A stretch of 38,079 nucleotides of DNA from positions 1 through 38,079 of the forward strand of contig CARTQV010000001.1 in assembly GCA_949070545.1 (NCBI GenBank), given 5' to 3'. A model generated the notes under the pieces. The model had not been told where the DNA came from. It saw only the letters and a program-made list of their open reading frames with translations, and did no database searches. Source of the DNA: an uncultured Candidatus Saccharibacteria bacterium (lineage in GTDB: Bacteria > Patescibacteriota > Saccharimonadia > Saccharimonadales > Saccharimonadaceae). Below are positions 17,946 through 28,400 of the stretch, in pieces. Position 1 is the stretch's first letter. Each line of letters starts with the position of its first letter. Made by a program: the position numbers and the translations under genes.

Positions 17946-18842
17946 CTACAATTCAAGTTGCTCATAAACTTCTCTGCGCTGGTGATCACGAACATTTTTG
18001 ACAATGTATTCTTTATCAACATAGGCACCTAGCTCTTTGCGATAGTCTCTGATCGTTTCCAAATCACATATTAGTCTATCACCATTTGCAAAAGCTTCTC
18101 TGCCCTCAAGGACTTTGGCCCAAAAATCATCGTCATCAATAGTGGCACTAATTTTTACTCCTTGATTGATGAACTGCCATTTTTGGTTTTTATTATCAAG
18201 AACCAACTTGCTGATTACTAAAGTCGCCGCGACTGTAGATGTCTTACTATCATTGACTTTGACTCGCCGTTTTTTGGATAGTGTCTCAAATGATTCTTTG
18301 GTGACAGTGACTGTATTATCGCCATTTTTGTACGTAATAGCCTCAATCTCCTCATCATCCTTAATTGCTTGGAACTGCGCCGATACGGCGTCGTTTACGG
18401 TTTGATTGTTTAAAAAGATATTGAAAGTCTGCCTTGTGGTTTTAAATACCACTTCGCCTTGTTCGTTCTTAATATTGACTTGATCGCCTTGAATATCGAC
18501 GTTTTGTTTATCTGTCGCATCTCGATCTCCAAGATGCTTTTTTATCTCAATGACACCAACAACGATAGAAATTACGAGGGAAAGAGCCTCGATCCCCTTA
18601 AAAATCATCTCTCCGTTTTCTATTGCTAGCCTCACTAGCTCAAATGCAACATCAAAACTACCCGGTTTTTCTGCGACTATTCTAACTGCAACATCCCCAT
18701 CAACAGAATTAGTTTGATAATTTACCTCCTTAACCATCGTGTTGATGGCAGCGAGCGCTTTGGTATAGGTGTCGAGATTGATTGATGGATCATTTTTTTC
18801 AAATTTGATATTAAAGTTGTGTTTATCTTTGCTGCTCTCCAT
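17946..18842 (-). CDS. Hypothetical moron protein (298 aa)
   Basis: Long AT-rich ORF; ATG 18842 lies 7 nt after TGgTATAAT (leaderless-type). Confidence 0.75.
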   Translation of the reverse strand: MESSKDKHNFNIKFEKNDPSINLDTYTKALAAINTMVKEVNYQTNSVDGDVAVRIVAEKPGSFDVAFELVRLAIENGEMIFKGIEALSLVISIVVGVIEIKKHLGDRDATDKQNVDIQGDQVNIKNEQGEVVFKTTRQTFNIFLNNQTVNDAVSAQFQAIKDDEEIEAITYKNGDNTVTVTKESFETLSKKRRVKVNDSKTSTVAATLVISKLVLDNKNQKWQFINQGVKISATIDDDDFWAKVLEGREAFANGDRLICDLETIRDYRKELGAYVDKEYIVKNVRDHQRREVYEQLEL

Positions 18843-18905
18843 ATTTAACATTATACCAGTTGTTACGAGATTGGGACTAAAATAACATAAGTAGATTATG
18901 CCATT

Positions 18906-19337
18906 TTATAACTTATTTGATGCCTTCATTTTTTCCCACTGCGCCAAAAGGTGTGGTGAGTGCTTTGCGATATAAAAGATATCGACACCTTCTTGAATAG
19001 CCCACTTTGCAAACTCGCCACTCATCCACGAGTCGCCACCTAGCTCCACAAAGTAATGCCAACCAAGATCACAAATAGCCCTATGCTCGTGCGGAGTGTG
19101 CTTAATAGACTGAAATAAATCAATACGGGCAGTTTGAAGGTTATTCTGTGCGAGCTCATTTCTGACTTTTCCAAGTTCGCTATTTTGGTTGTCGACTTTT
19201 ACTGAAAGTTCTTGAATCTTCCCACCGACATCGTCATTGGACTGCTTATTATCGCGCTTCATTCCATAAGTAATATACGCGACACCAAGCGTACCAAAAA
19301 CTGTTATGGTTGTGGAAATAATCCCGCTCCAATCCAT
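18906..19337 (-). CDS. Phage membrane protein, holin-like
   Basis: One N-terminal TM, coiled coil, YFVELGG motif; abuts the lysin gene. Confidence 0.55.
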   Translation of the reverse strand: MDWSGIISTTITVFGTLGVAYITYGMKRDNKQSNDDVGGKIQELSVKVDNQNSELGKVRNELAQNNLQTARIDLFQSIKHTPHEHRAICDLGWHYFVELGGDSWMSGEFAKWAIQEGVDIFYIAKHSPHLLAQWEKMKASNKL

Positions 19338-20294
19338 CTATTTACCCTCAAACCTAATCACATCCCCAGCATACAGGCCAACACCGGTTGATGAGTGCCA
19401 GCCATCATAAACGGACTGACCGGGCTTTATTTTTGTCGACGACCAAAGTCGCGCATAGCTATTCATTGTTTCGCCGTACTGAACGCGCCCCCTACAACGC
19501 TGCATAATTGAGCCCATCGTATCACCGGCCTTAACATTAATTGTTCGACAATCGTAAGACGGGGCAATATTTATCGCAGAACTAGTTGCCGATTGTGAAG
19601 TTGAAGATGTGGCGGGTTGTGGTGCTGGTTCAGTTTTTGGCTCGTAATTACCCGGCACAACCCAAACCCATCCGCTGATATCCATATTGTGCGTAGAAAC
19701 GGCCAGTGGCGTATAGTTTGCGTCTTCAACCATTGCAGTATTTGTGCCAGTTGAATATAGATAGAGAACCGTATGACCATAGGTAGTATTAAAACCTCCC
19801 GATCCAATCGCACCCTTTATTGGTTTGTCGATATACTTAAACCCGTAATTCTTTACGAGATAACTCGCAACATCCTTACCATTAACTGGTCCATAGTCGA
19901 TGTTCTTGGTCGAATAAACACTTTTACCAGTGGCGAGATATGCTGTATATCTTGAACATTGGTAAGGTGAGGCACCCGGAGTGAGCCTACGCGAGAGAAT
20001 ATCATCAATCGTAACATAAAAACCTTGCCCAGTAGCATCTTCGTCATTCTCGGCAATCGTTTGCTCGTCAGTCGGGGCATCTTGGTTCATTAAGCGAGCA
20101 AGAGCATCCTGTGAGTCCTCAATAAAATCAAGCGTAGACTGCTCGATTCTAGCATTATTCCCATCGAGCGTGATACTACCATCTTCTGACGGTGTGCCAA
20201 AAGCTAGAAAGATCCCACACACAGCGATAAAGATAAAGAATACAAGAACTGCAATATTGTTGCCGAGACATTTTTTGAGCTTATTTATCATCAT
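19338..20294 (-). CDS. Putative endolysin: N-terminal TM, CHAP-like domain, LysM-like C-terminus
   Basis: YQCSRY...YGHTV...VEDANY; INVKAGDTMGSI...GLYAGDVI. Confidence 0.7.
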   Translation of the reverse strand: MMINKLKKCLGNNIAVLVFFIFIAVCGIFLAFGTPSEDGSITLDGNNARIEQSTLDFIEDSQDALARLMNQDAPTDEQTIAENDEDATGQGFYVTIDDILSRRLTPGASPYQCSRYTAYLATGKSVYSTKNIDYGPVNGKDVASYLVKNYGFKYIDKPIKGAIGSGGFNTTYGHTVLYLYSTGTNTAMVEDANYTPLAVSTHNMDISGWVWVVPGNYEPKTEPAPQPATSSTSQSATSSAINIAPSYDCRTINVKAGDTMGSIMQRCRGRVQYGETMNSYARLWSSTKIKPGQSVYDGWHSSTGVGLYAGDVIRFEGK

Positions 20295-20505
20295 CGTCCT
20301 CCTTCTCTGCGTTGTTTTTCTGTCCAGTTACGCCCAAGAAATAGATATTAATTCCGCCAGAGAACAGTAGAGCCGTCTGTGTGATTTGCTGGGCGACACT
20401 TTCAAACCCCCAAGTCGTACCAAGACCTTGAATAATAAAGGCAGCAAATGACAATACGCCTACTGCGACAGATAATTGTCGAGTAGTTTTCTTTTTGAGT
20501 TTCAT
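20281..20505 (-). CDS. Putative holin (two TMs, 74 aa)
   Basis: Basic N-terminus, two hydrophobic helices, charged C-terminus; AGAAAGGA RBS; overlaps the lysin start. Confidence 0.65.
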   Translation of the reverse strand: MKLKKKTTRQLSVAVGVLSFAAFIIQGLGTTWGFESVAQQITQTALLFSGGINIYFLGVTGQKNNAEKEDDDDK

Positions 20506-20542
20506 AGAATAGGATTCCTTTCTATATCGGCGACAAGACCAC

Positions 20543-20568
20543 AAAAATGCGGCTTTCACGCCGCATTT
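20543..20568 (-). terminator. Intrinsic terminator-like hairpin upstream of the lysis genes
   Basis: AAATGCGGC-GTGAAA-GCCGCATTTTT on the minus strand. Confidence 0.6.
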
Positions 20569-20579
20569 ATTATATTTTT

Positions 20580-20608
20580 ATTCTACACGAACTATGTATA
20601 TTTTGCAA
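20580..20608 (-). promoter_or_regulatory. Possible sigma70 promoter for the lysis genes
   Basis: TTGCAA-N17-TAGAAT. Confidence 0.45.
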
Positions 20609-20626
20609 ATAAGTTTATTGTCGCAT

Positions 20627-20647
20627 AATGTTGATTTTGAGACGATA
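20627..20647 (+). repeat. Left inverted repeat of the invertible cassette
   Basis: AATGTTGATTTTGAGACGATA; exact reverse complement at 21339-21359. Confidence 0.95.
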
Positions 20648-20977
20648 AACTTGGGGGAAGAGCGACTGGTTGGTGTGCTCGATGAAGAGCTGGTATATGA
20701 GCAAACAATTAAAGCTAGCCCAACCTATTCGGCATACAGTGCGATCTTCCCGCATAATATTACAGGGGTAAAAGATGTACTTCTAGCTACCGGAGCGTTG
20801 TTATTAGCAGATGGTTCGAGTTTAATCTTCGGTGCACACTCATATAGCAATGGTGTAGGCGTTAATATTTGGAAAGCCGGTAGGAGTAATATAGAGATGA
20901 TTCGAGCGGATAACTTTGCAGCTGTTCAGAATAGGCCCCACTATATTACTTTAAGATATACAAAAGATACACAGTAA
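20627..20977 (+). other. Silent alternative C-terminal cassette for the tail fibre (109 aa after NVDFETI)
   Basis: Opposite strand to the operon, no RBS, in frame with the repeat; GEERLVG..ELVYEQTI...YITLRYTK resembles phage fibre-tip domains. Confidence 0.8.
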
Positions 20978-20978
20978 T

Positions 20979-21818
20979 TTAACCGACTTTTTCAGCTATT
21001 AGTCTACAAGCGCCTTTGTTCACTACACTAATAGTGTGGTCTACGGCTCTTATGCAAAAATCGATAGTATCGCCACCGTTAGCATCAATAATATCAAGCA
21101 TTTGGAAGTTCATGTGTATTTTAGTTGACACAGAGGGGAAGTTGTCGTTCACAGTCGTCATAGTGCTGCCATTCTTCTTTGTAGCTCCTTCAACGATATA
21201 TGCTCCATCGGAGGCTGAATTGCCAGAAAATTGAGCCGTAATCTTCCATTTGCCATTTGTGGGAATTTTGAGGGTCTGAATTTTAGTAGAGGTGTTAAGC
21301 CCCACACTGCTAACGGGAGTAGGCTCGGCAATGACCGATATCGTCTCAAAATCAACATTTTCCGACTTAACAGCCTTTGCTGCTAGCTTGGTGTTGTTGA
21401 TAGCTCCGTTTACGATATGCTTCGCTTGAATGATGTTATCTTTCAGGGTTCCGTCTTGATTGTATGATTTGAGAATACCAGTAATTAAATCGTCCAGCCA
21501 GCTAATAGTCGGGTTTAGTTCTACTTTGTCGCCCACCAGATGCCCGTTATCGTTATTCCCAGCAAGATGGGTTATCTGTGTAATCGTATTACCGCTTACA
21601 ATTCCTTTCCAATCTGATTGCGTAGTCGTGTCTACGGTTCCATCGGCCATCAGTCGATAAGTTGAGAAATGTACTGCCGTGTCCGTAGCCCATCCAGCTA
21701 GGTCATCACAGCTTAATATACTCCCACCCTGTTCGCGGATGGCTGTTACGCTAGCAACGGATGGATATACTCCAGTCCCATTAGCTGCCTTATTAAATTT
21801 GTCTGTAATTGCTGCCAT
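20979..21818 (-). CDS. Tail fibre/receptor-binding protein: 160-aa constant part plus 119-aa switchable tip
   Basis: Follows the nozzle gene; NGAINNTKLAAKAV shaft-like repeat; internal repeat at codons 154-160; AAAGGAG RBS. Confidence 0.75.
   Translation of the reverse strand: MAAITDKFNKAANGTGVYPSVASVTAIREQGGSILSCDDLAGWATDTAVHFSTYRLMADGTVDTTTQSDWKGIVSGNTITQITHLAGNNDNGHLVGDKVELNPTISWLDDLITGILKSYNQDGTLKDNIIQAKHIVNGAINNTKLAAKAVKSENVDFETISVIAEPTPVSSVGLNTSTKIQTLKIPTNGKWKITAQFSGNSASDGAYIVEGATKKNGSTMTTVNDNFPSVSTKIHMNFQMLDIIDANGGDTIDFCIRAVDHTISVVNKGACRLIAEKVG
21339..21359 (-). repeat. Right inverted repeat of the invertible cassette, inside the fibre gene
   Basis: TATCGTCTCAAAATCAACATT on the plus strand. 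Confidence 0.95.
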
Positions 21819-21837
21819 TTTTAGTCTCCTTTCTATG

Positions 21838-23865
21838 TCAGCTTAAATCTTTTATTCCGATTGGTACATATTCCGCTACGACGGACGATAGTGTATAATC
21901 AACCCCTTCGGTCGTAGAGGAAATTCGATAATCAAACCACTGCACATCCTCATCGATTTCTACTATTACATCTAAACTATCGATACTTTTACTCATTGTT
22001 GAGAATTTTTGTCCGACATCGCTCCATCTGCGAAGCGATGTCCAACTCCGTTTTGCTTCGCTCCAACCAAATGGGATTTTCGCCGTTGGCACGCTTACGG
22101 TCTGCGTCCATTTGAGATCGCCATCTTCTGTATAGCCAGAAACTTCTATATCGATATCTCCACGCGGCCTCAATAGAGTAAACACGACTTGTATTAGCCT
22201 TGACCAATCGCGCCCGTCTTTACTCCATTCGATTTTGCCACTTTTCACTTCAGTTTCGAATGAGGTATCCCCGTCTTTCGTATTAAACATGCGGGTCATC
22301 TCATAAATCTTATTCTCTGAAAGAATTAGAAAATGCGTCTTGCCACTATTGTCATTATAGAGTGTCATCCAATCAGCGTTCAGATACCACGACAAGATCC
22401 AAGCACCTTTATGTTCAAGGTCGAATGCCCACACTCGATTATTTTTGGTAGACCCTAATGGTAATGCCCAGTAGATTGCACCTTCATACGCCAAACCTAC
22501 TGCTTTATCCATCGAGTTGGTGTTTAGTAATGAAACTTCGTTTTTTATTGTATTGCTGATGCGTGTAGTCGAAAGTACATTTTGTAGTTGTGGCTGCGTG
22601 CCGGTAGTCTTGAACCCGTCGCGTGATGGGTAGTAGAGTGAGTTATTATAAATTACAACTCCGTCTGGGCTATCGGTGCCGTCAGACCCACTGTCCTCTG
22701 ATACACTCCAAGCCACGAACGACCCGCCACCATAGGAAATTGTGTTTGGCGATAGGTGATAGCGTTTACCGCTACCATTACTACCTTGCGTGAGTACAAC
22801 AACGGTGTTATCACCTTGCCCCTTTCGGAACGGCATCACAGAAATCGGCACCTCTTTCGTTCCATTTGCAATAGCCGTAAAGCCACCACCGTTACTGGGA
22901 GAAAAATCGAGTTCATGGTCATAATCTCCACCTCGCCAAAGGTAAAATGGGTTATCTTCGTCGCCGACTAACCATACACGGCCATTGATGACGGCTCCAC
23001 GCTTGGCTTTTGGCCCAGCAGTCGAGTTATATGATGTCATTGGACCACGCCCTAGATCTTGGGCCCTTGAACCGTTATCGGTAAAAGTGAGTGTATCTGG
23101 ATCAAGATTACCGGCAATAAGATAGAGTTCTGGCTGCCCAGCTCCATCGGCCGCCGTCCCCATATAGACATTATATCCAACAGCACCTTCGACTTTTGGC
23201 CATTCAATCGTAATCCAGTTTTTGTCGGGATCCCACATATCACGCTGTGTGAGAACTGGCTGCGTAAGAACCGCCGAGCCTGCGGTTTCCCCAACAGTTG
23301 AATTAGCAGTAATAGCATAGTACACTTTAAAAGCATCTCCTGTTAGTTCGTGAGCCTCTTTGAGCGTCGGTGCAGAACTGGGATCTTCCAACTTCTTAAA
23401 TTCGGTAATTTCCCATTTATGGGTATCAATATAGCTCAAAGTATCACGACCATTCAAGACTAGGATATTTCCTCGTATCAATAGAAAGTGCACCATAGCT
23501 TCCGTATCATAATCTTTACCGTTAATTTTCAGCCAAGTTGCGTCTTCACCTTTGGTACGATATAGATTGGCTTTGCCATCTACAACCATCATTGCAAGCA
23601 GATAGAACACTGGGCGATTCCCCTCCATCACTTTGCACTCAAAGAGCTCTCCCAGTATCCGCCCGATAGGTTGCGGACCGTATGGCATCAACGATGGACG
23701 CGGCCGCACTACGCCATTCTGTTCGAGCACCATATTTGTCGTGCGAAGTAGAGAATTATCGACAAGACGCCTAGCGTCATAATCTGTAACTGTACCGTTG
23801 GTCCAGTCCATAATAGCCTTACGCTTAATTTCTGGTGGCTTTGTGGCTTTCGGTGGGTCAATCAT
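21838..23865 (-). CDS. Tail nozzle / DNA-stabilisation protein (P22 gp10 / T7 gp12-like)
   Basis: 675 aa, beta-rich, NMV...GVVRPRP near the N-terminus, position after the adaptor. Confidence 0.6.
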   Translation of the reverse strand: MIDPPKATKPPEIKRKAIMDWTNGTVTDYDARRLVDNSLLRTTNMVLEQNGVVRPRPSLMPYGPQPIGRILGELFECKVMEGNRPVFYLLAMMVVDGKANLYRTKGEDATWLKINGKDYDTEAMVHFLLIRGNILVLNGRDTLSYIDTHKWEITEFKKLEDPSSAPTLKEAHELTGDAFKVYYAITANSTVGETAGSAVLTQPVLTQRDMWDPDKNWITIEWPKVEGAVGYNVYMGTAADGAGQPELYLIAGNLDPDTLTFTDNGSRAQDLGRGPMTSYNSTAGPKAKRGAVINGRVWLVGDEDNPFYLWRGGDYDHELDFSPSNGGGFTAIANGTKEVPISVMPFRKGQGDNTVVVLTQGSNGSGKRYHLSPNTISYGGGSFVAWSVSEDSGSDGTDSPDGVVIYNNSLYYPSRDGFKTTGTQPQLQNVLSTTRISNTIKNEVSLLNTNSMDKAVGLAYEGAIYWALPLGSTKNNRVWAFDLEHKGAWILSWYLNADWMTLYNDNSGKTHFLILSENKIYEMTRMFNTKDGDTSFETEVKSGKIEWSKDGRDWSRLIQVVFTLLRPRGDIDIEVSGYTEDGDLKWTQTVSVPTAKIPFGWSEAKRSWTSLRRWSDVGQKFSTMSKSIDSLDVIVEIDEDVQWFDYRISSTTEGVDYTLSSVVAEYVPIGIKDLS

Positions 23866-24533
23866 TACCAGCTCCTTCCACCCGGATTACGCCACGCCCC
23901 ACGCACTTTCCTAACTTGTCCGCTGCGATTCCTTTGTATCATCCCGGTCATTAGGTTGTTTGCTTCCGTCATCAAGTTGCCGTATTGATTCTGCTTTACG
24001 ATATCATTTCTGATGTATTCGGCCGCTACGATTGTTACTAACCAAAATGGGTCATCTACCGAGATATCATCATTCGGACCTTCTAGCTCCTCAACCGAAG
24101 TATAGACGGGAGCGAATAACTTCCCACCAAAGCACGGGTTGTTCTCTGAAAAACGCTTATTGAAGACTAGATTTTGACCGATTTTGGCACAATAATTTCC
24201 GACTGGATAATTTTTGAGATCGTCATAGCTCACCAACTGGAACTCTACTTTGCCGCCATCTTTTGTCAGCACATAAATATTGTCGCCCTTTGAAGTTGAA
24301 ACTTCTACAATATCATCGTCAAGCGAATATTCGTCATTACTCGAAATCGTTCCAATTTGTCTAGCACGCTCATAGCGTGAATTCCACGATTGTCCGGGCT
24401 CATTTAGCCACGCATTTTGGTAGTAATTTGCAATTCCCCGAATTTTTTGCCACTTGGCATTATTCTGTGTAAGAATCGTTGCCTTGCCGGTCGCTTTGAG
24501 AATTACCGCATCGATAAGTTCTTGTAAAGTCAT
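23865..24533 (-). CDS. Head-tail adaptor-like protein
   Basis: MTLQELID start, 222 aa, coupled to the nozzle gene. Confidence 0.55.
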   Translation of the reverse strand: MTLQELIDAVILKATGKATILTQNNAKWQKIRGIANYYQNAWLNEPGQSWNSRYERARQIGTISSNDEYSLDDDIVEVSTSKGDNIYVLTKDGGKVEFQLVSYDDLKNYPVGNYCAKIGQNLVFNKRFSENNPCFGGKLFAPVYTSVEELEGPNDDISVDDPFWLVTIVAAEYIRNDIVKQNQYGNLMTEANNLMTGMIQRNRSGQVRKVRGAWRNPGGRSW

Positions 24534-25029
<496 letters not shown>

Positions 25030-25037
<8 letters not shown>

Positions 25038-25398
25038 TATCGCTAAACCCCCGTAAAGTTGTTGCCGGAGTAATCTGTAATTTACCTTCAAGCAAAGTTA
25101 TGCGATCTGTGTCGGCTTGTTTCAGAACAATATCATAGACATACTTTCCCGGTACTATATTGGCTTCGCTTGCAGTTAGCTTAAAACTTACTACTCCTGT
25201 TTCAGTATTTAGCACTTCTTTCGCACTTAAAGTTTTGCAGATAACTGCATTTGCATCAGTTTCGTCATTATCATATTCGGGTTTCGCTGTGAAATAAATC
25301 GTGTCCGTATCAGTAATAGCCGGAACGGAGTTAGCGTCCAGTACGGTTAGATTTATTGTCTGCGTATTACCACGAATTATTTTGATATTTTTTGCCAT
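25030..25398 (-). CDS. BppU N-terminal-like Ig-fold virion protein
   Basis: IIRGNT, GVVSFKLTASE, PGKYVYDI, LLEGKL; AAGGAG RBS. Confidence 0.65.
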
Positions 25399-25406
25399 AT
25401 TCCTCC

Positions 25407-28400
25407 TTATTTGATGCCTTTCTTAACGCTCACTCTTGCCCGTGCCCCGAGATTAGCCTTTTTGATGTTAGTCGCCAAAGCGACTGCGTTCATCCTACGG
25501 CTCGTAGATGGGGCCCTAGTTACCGAATTGACCTTAATCTCGTTGCCACTTGCCAAAGCCTTTGCGTAGGCGGATAGAGCGGTCTTGGACGCGGCAGAAT
25601 AAGCAGACTTTCTGCTACGCTTACCTTTGCCTCTCTTGCTACTCTCCAAATTGTTGATGTTGCGGTTCCGACTCTTATAGGTTGAGGCTGAAATCACCCC
25701 AGCATCATACATCGCACGGTTCAAGGCATTGAGATAGCCAACCATATCAGCACGATTGTCTAGCTCGCCCAGTAGATTTTGCATATCAGCCCTTGACCCA
25801 GCAAGAGAGTAGGCATCTCGCACATCTTTGTTCCAGTTTTGGCTGACTTTAAGCTTGCGAAGTTCCTTTTTGCGTTTAAGCTCTTGGACCTCTGTCAAAT
25901 TACCATTTGCTTTATCATTCTCAAACTTGGCTTCGGCGAGCTTATATTCGGCTTCTCGTCCCTCTGTCGTATAGATATAGCGTTCCCAATCTTCTTTTTC
26001 CATTGAGTTATACTTATCTAATACCTGCTTATATTCATTGCCGAGCGACTCGCTAATCTCTACGCCGTGCCCATTACCATTCTTGCTCGGTTTATTGTAG
26101 TTATTAACATCGAAGCCATCTTGCATCAGGGCTTTCTGGCGTTTAGACAGCTCGCTCGTGATTTCGTTCGTACGCCCTTGTTCAGTTTTAGCGGCAAAGC
26201 CTGCAATCGCCTTCGTATCAGTATCGATGTGATCGAGTGCCTTTTTCTGCTCGTTAGCGTCAAGGGCTTGGAAGGCTGGATCAGCTTTAAGTTTTTTCTT
26301 ATAGTCCTCCGCTAGGGCCGCCTGAATGTCGTATTGGCTTTCTACGCTGGCCGACATAAATCGCCGAAATGCACCTTGACTAAAAATTTCACCAACTCCA
26401 CCACCATCGGACTTATTGTCGGGGTTATCTGTCATAACTTTGGTAAGGTCTTTGAACAATCCCCCGCCCCAGTTCTGGATAAAGTTGTCGATTATTGGGG
26501 CATCAATACCGGTCGCCTTTGCGACACTACGAGCTACGCCAGTCGTGTATTTCTTGCCTTTGTCCTCTGGGTCTAAATTGCTATCATAATCGCTGACAAT
26601 TTCTTGGCCAGTATAGGTATTCTTGTTCATTGCTATTTCTAGGAAGGGTTTGCCGGCGGTCGGCGTGAGTTGATTGACTGGGTTTTCTGCATCGATCCCC
26701 GTAATTGCAGTAAAGATATCACCACCCAACATCATTAGATCTTCTGGCTTGCCCTTGAGGTTATTCACGGCATCGGTGATTGGATAAACCATCTGTGGCA
26801 AAGGAATTTTGGTTACTCCGACAACACGATTGGTCCCGGGATCATAATGAGCATTATCACCGAAGATGATGAGATTACTCTGTTTCTCTTCGTCGCCAAT
26901 ACGATCCCATAGTTCTTGGTTCTGGGTACTATTTATTCCACGCACAGCTGCTGCAACACCAGCAAAAGCAGCTACGGCCATCGTAGTCCGAACTGGGCGT
27001 TCTTTGAACTGGTTAACAGTAATGCGTCCACCTTGTACTCCGGCATCAAGGAATGGAATAACCTTATTGAGTACACGGACAGTCGCACCGGCTCGACCGA
27101 AATTCAAGGTATTATTTCTCGCAGCCTGTGATTTCTCGGCAGTTGTCCCGTCTGTACCATAATACTGTTGAGCTCTAGTGAAATACTCGGTCTTACCAAT
27201 CACATCAGCAAGGGTATCGATCGGATGTTTTAGCCTCTCCCACGCTCGTCTTGGTAGTTGATGAGCCTGCTGCAACTCTTTTACTAGCTCGCCAGATTTA
27301 TAGCCATAGGTTTGTCGATATTCGCTGCCAATAATGCCTTGACGAGCCAGTTCAGCTTGCATCGCCTTACCTTCTTTACCGATGCCAAAAGTAGCTTTAA
27401 GGGCCTTTGGTGTGCCTTTAATATTCGCTTTGAGACTGCCAGTGATAGTCGTTTGCAATTGATCGCGAACTAGGTTAGATATGGCAAACATTGGGTTAGC
27501 ACCAGTTGCACCAGTTCGAAGCACTTTTGTCGGTGCTCCGAGCACTTTAATGATATTTTGGGCAAAATCTGGCATTACGCCATTTAAGCCTTTCATTTCT
27601 TTGGCAACTAATGCCGGCACTTCGTAATCGACTTTCTCACCACCCACGATAAACGAAAGCTTGTCGTTGCCGGCCTGTGGTTTAGCTCCTTCTGGAAGTC
27701 GAGCTTCACGGAAGGCGGCCGTTTCTGATAGAGTTCTGGCAACCTTATTTCTTTCGCCTTCATTAACTGTGCGGATCGCGTTTCTAATCATTGATTCAAG
27801 AGGGTTCTGCACAATGCGATCTGATCCCTCGATTTTCTGCACAGCAGTTTGCTTGCCGAGATTACCAATCTGCTTGGACTTATGCATCCCCATATCGGCA
27901 ATATCATCTAGTATGCGGTTCATCGGCACATAGTCAGTATTATCTCGAATCAGCTGGTCTCGGAGCTCCCCGCTAATTAAGCCGCTGTCAACCGCATAAT
28001 CTAGCATTTTCTGGTTAAATTCTCGCACAACTTTTTCTTGTGCGGCATACTTATCACTAACCGACCTAATCAAGGCCTGATCGGCGATGTCATTCCTACC
28101 AGTCCTAAAATCATTACCTTTGGTGCGTTTGAGCTCTTGACTACGCTTGGCAATAAGGTACTGTTGGAACTCATTGGCATCATTTGTACTCATTTTGCCA
28201 ATAACTTCCGAAAGTCTGCTATCTTCAATCATTTGTTTGGCGATCGTGTCGGAAGTGCGAACGCGGTCTACACCTTCACGGAGGTTAAGGCGATCGCCTT
28301 TGTCTTTAACATAGCGTTCATAGGCCACTGCATCATCCACGAGGTAGTGTTTGAGATTATCGATCTTGTCTTGGACTTTTTGCTTGATTGGAGTCCTATT

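Noticed and set aside
18843..18906. XerD-arm-like sequences (TAATGTTAAAT; AAATAACATAA-GTAGA-TTATGCC) beside the moron
   Set aside because: Partner arm is weak or the spacer is 5 bp; AT-rich and explained by the -10 box.
20594..20977. Standalone 127-aa plus-strand gene
   Set aside because: No RBS; the first 11 codons overlap a minus-strand promoter and the recombination arm; better explained as a silent cassette.
20627..21818. Diversity-generating retroelement acting on the fibre
   Set aside because: No reverse transcriptase and no ~100-bp TR/VR pair with adenine-specific mismatches; the repeat is short, exact and inverted.
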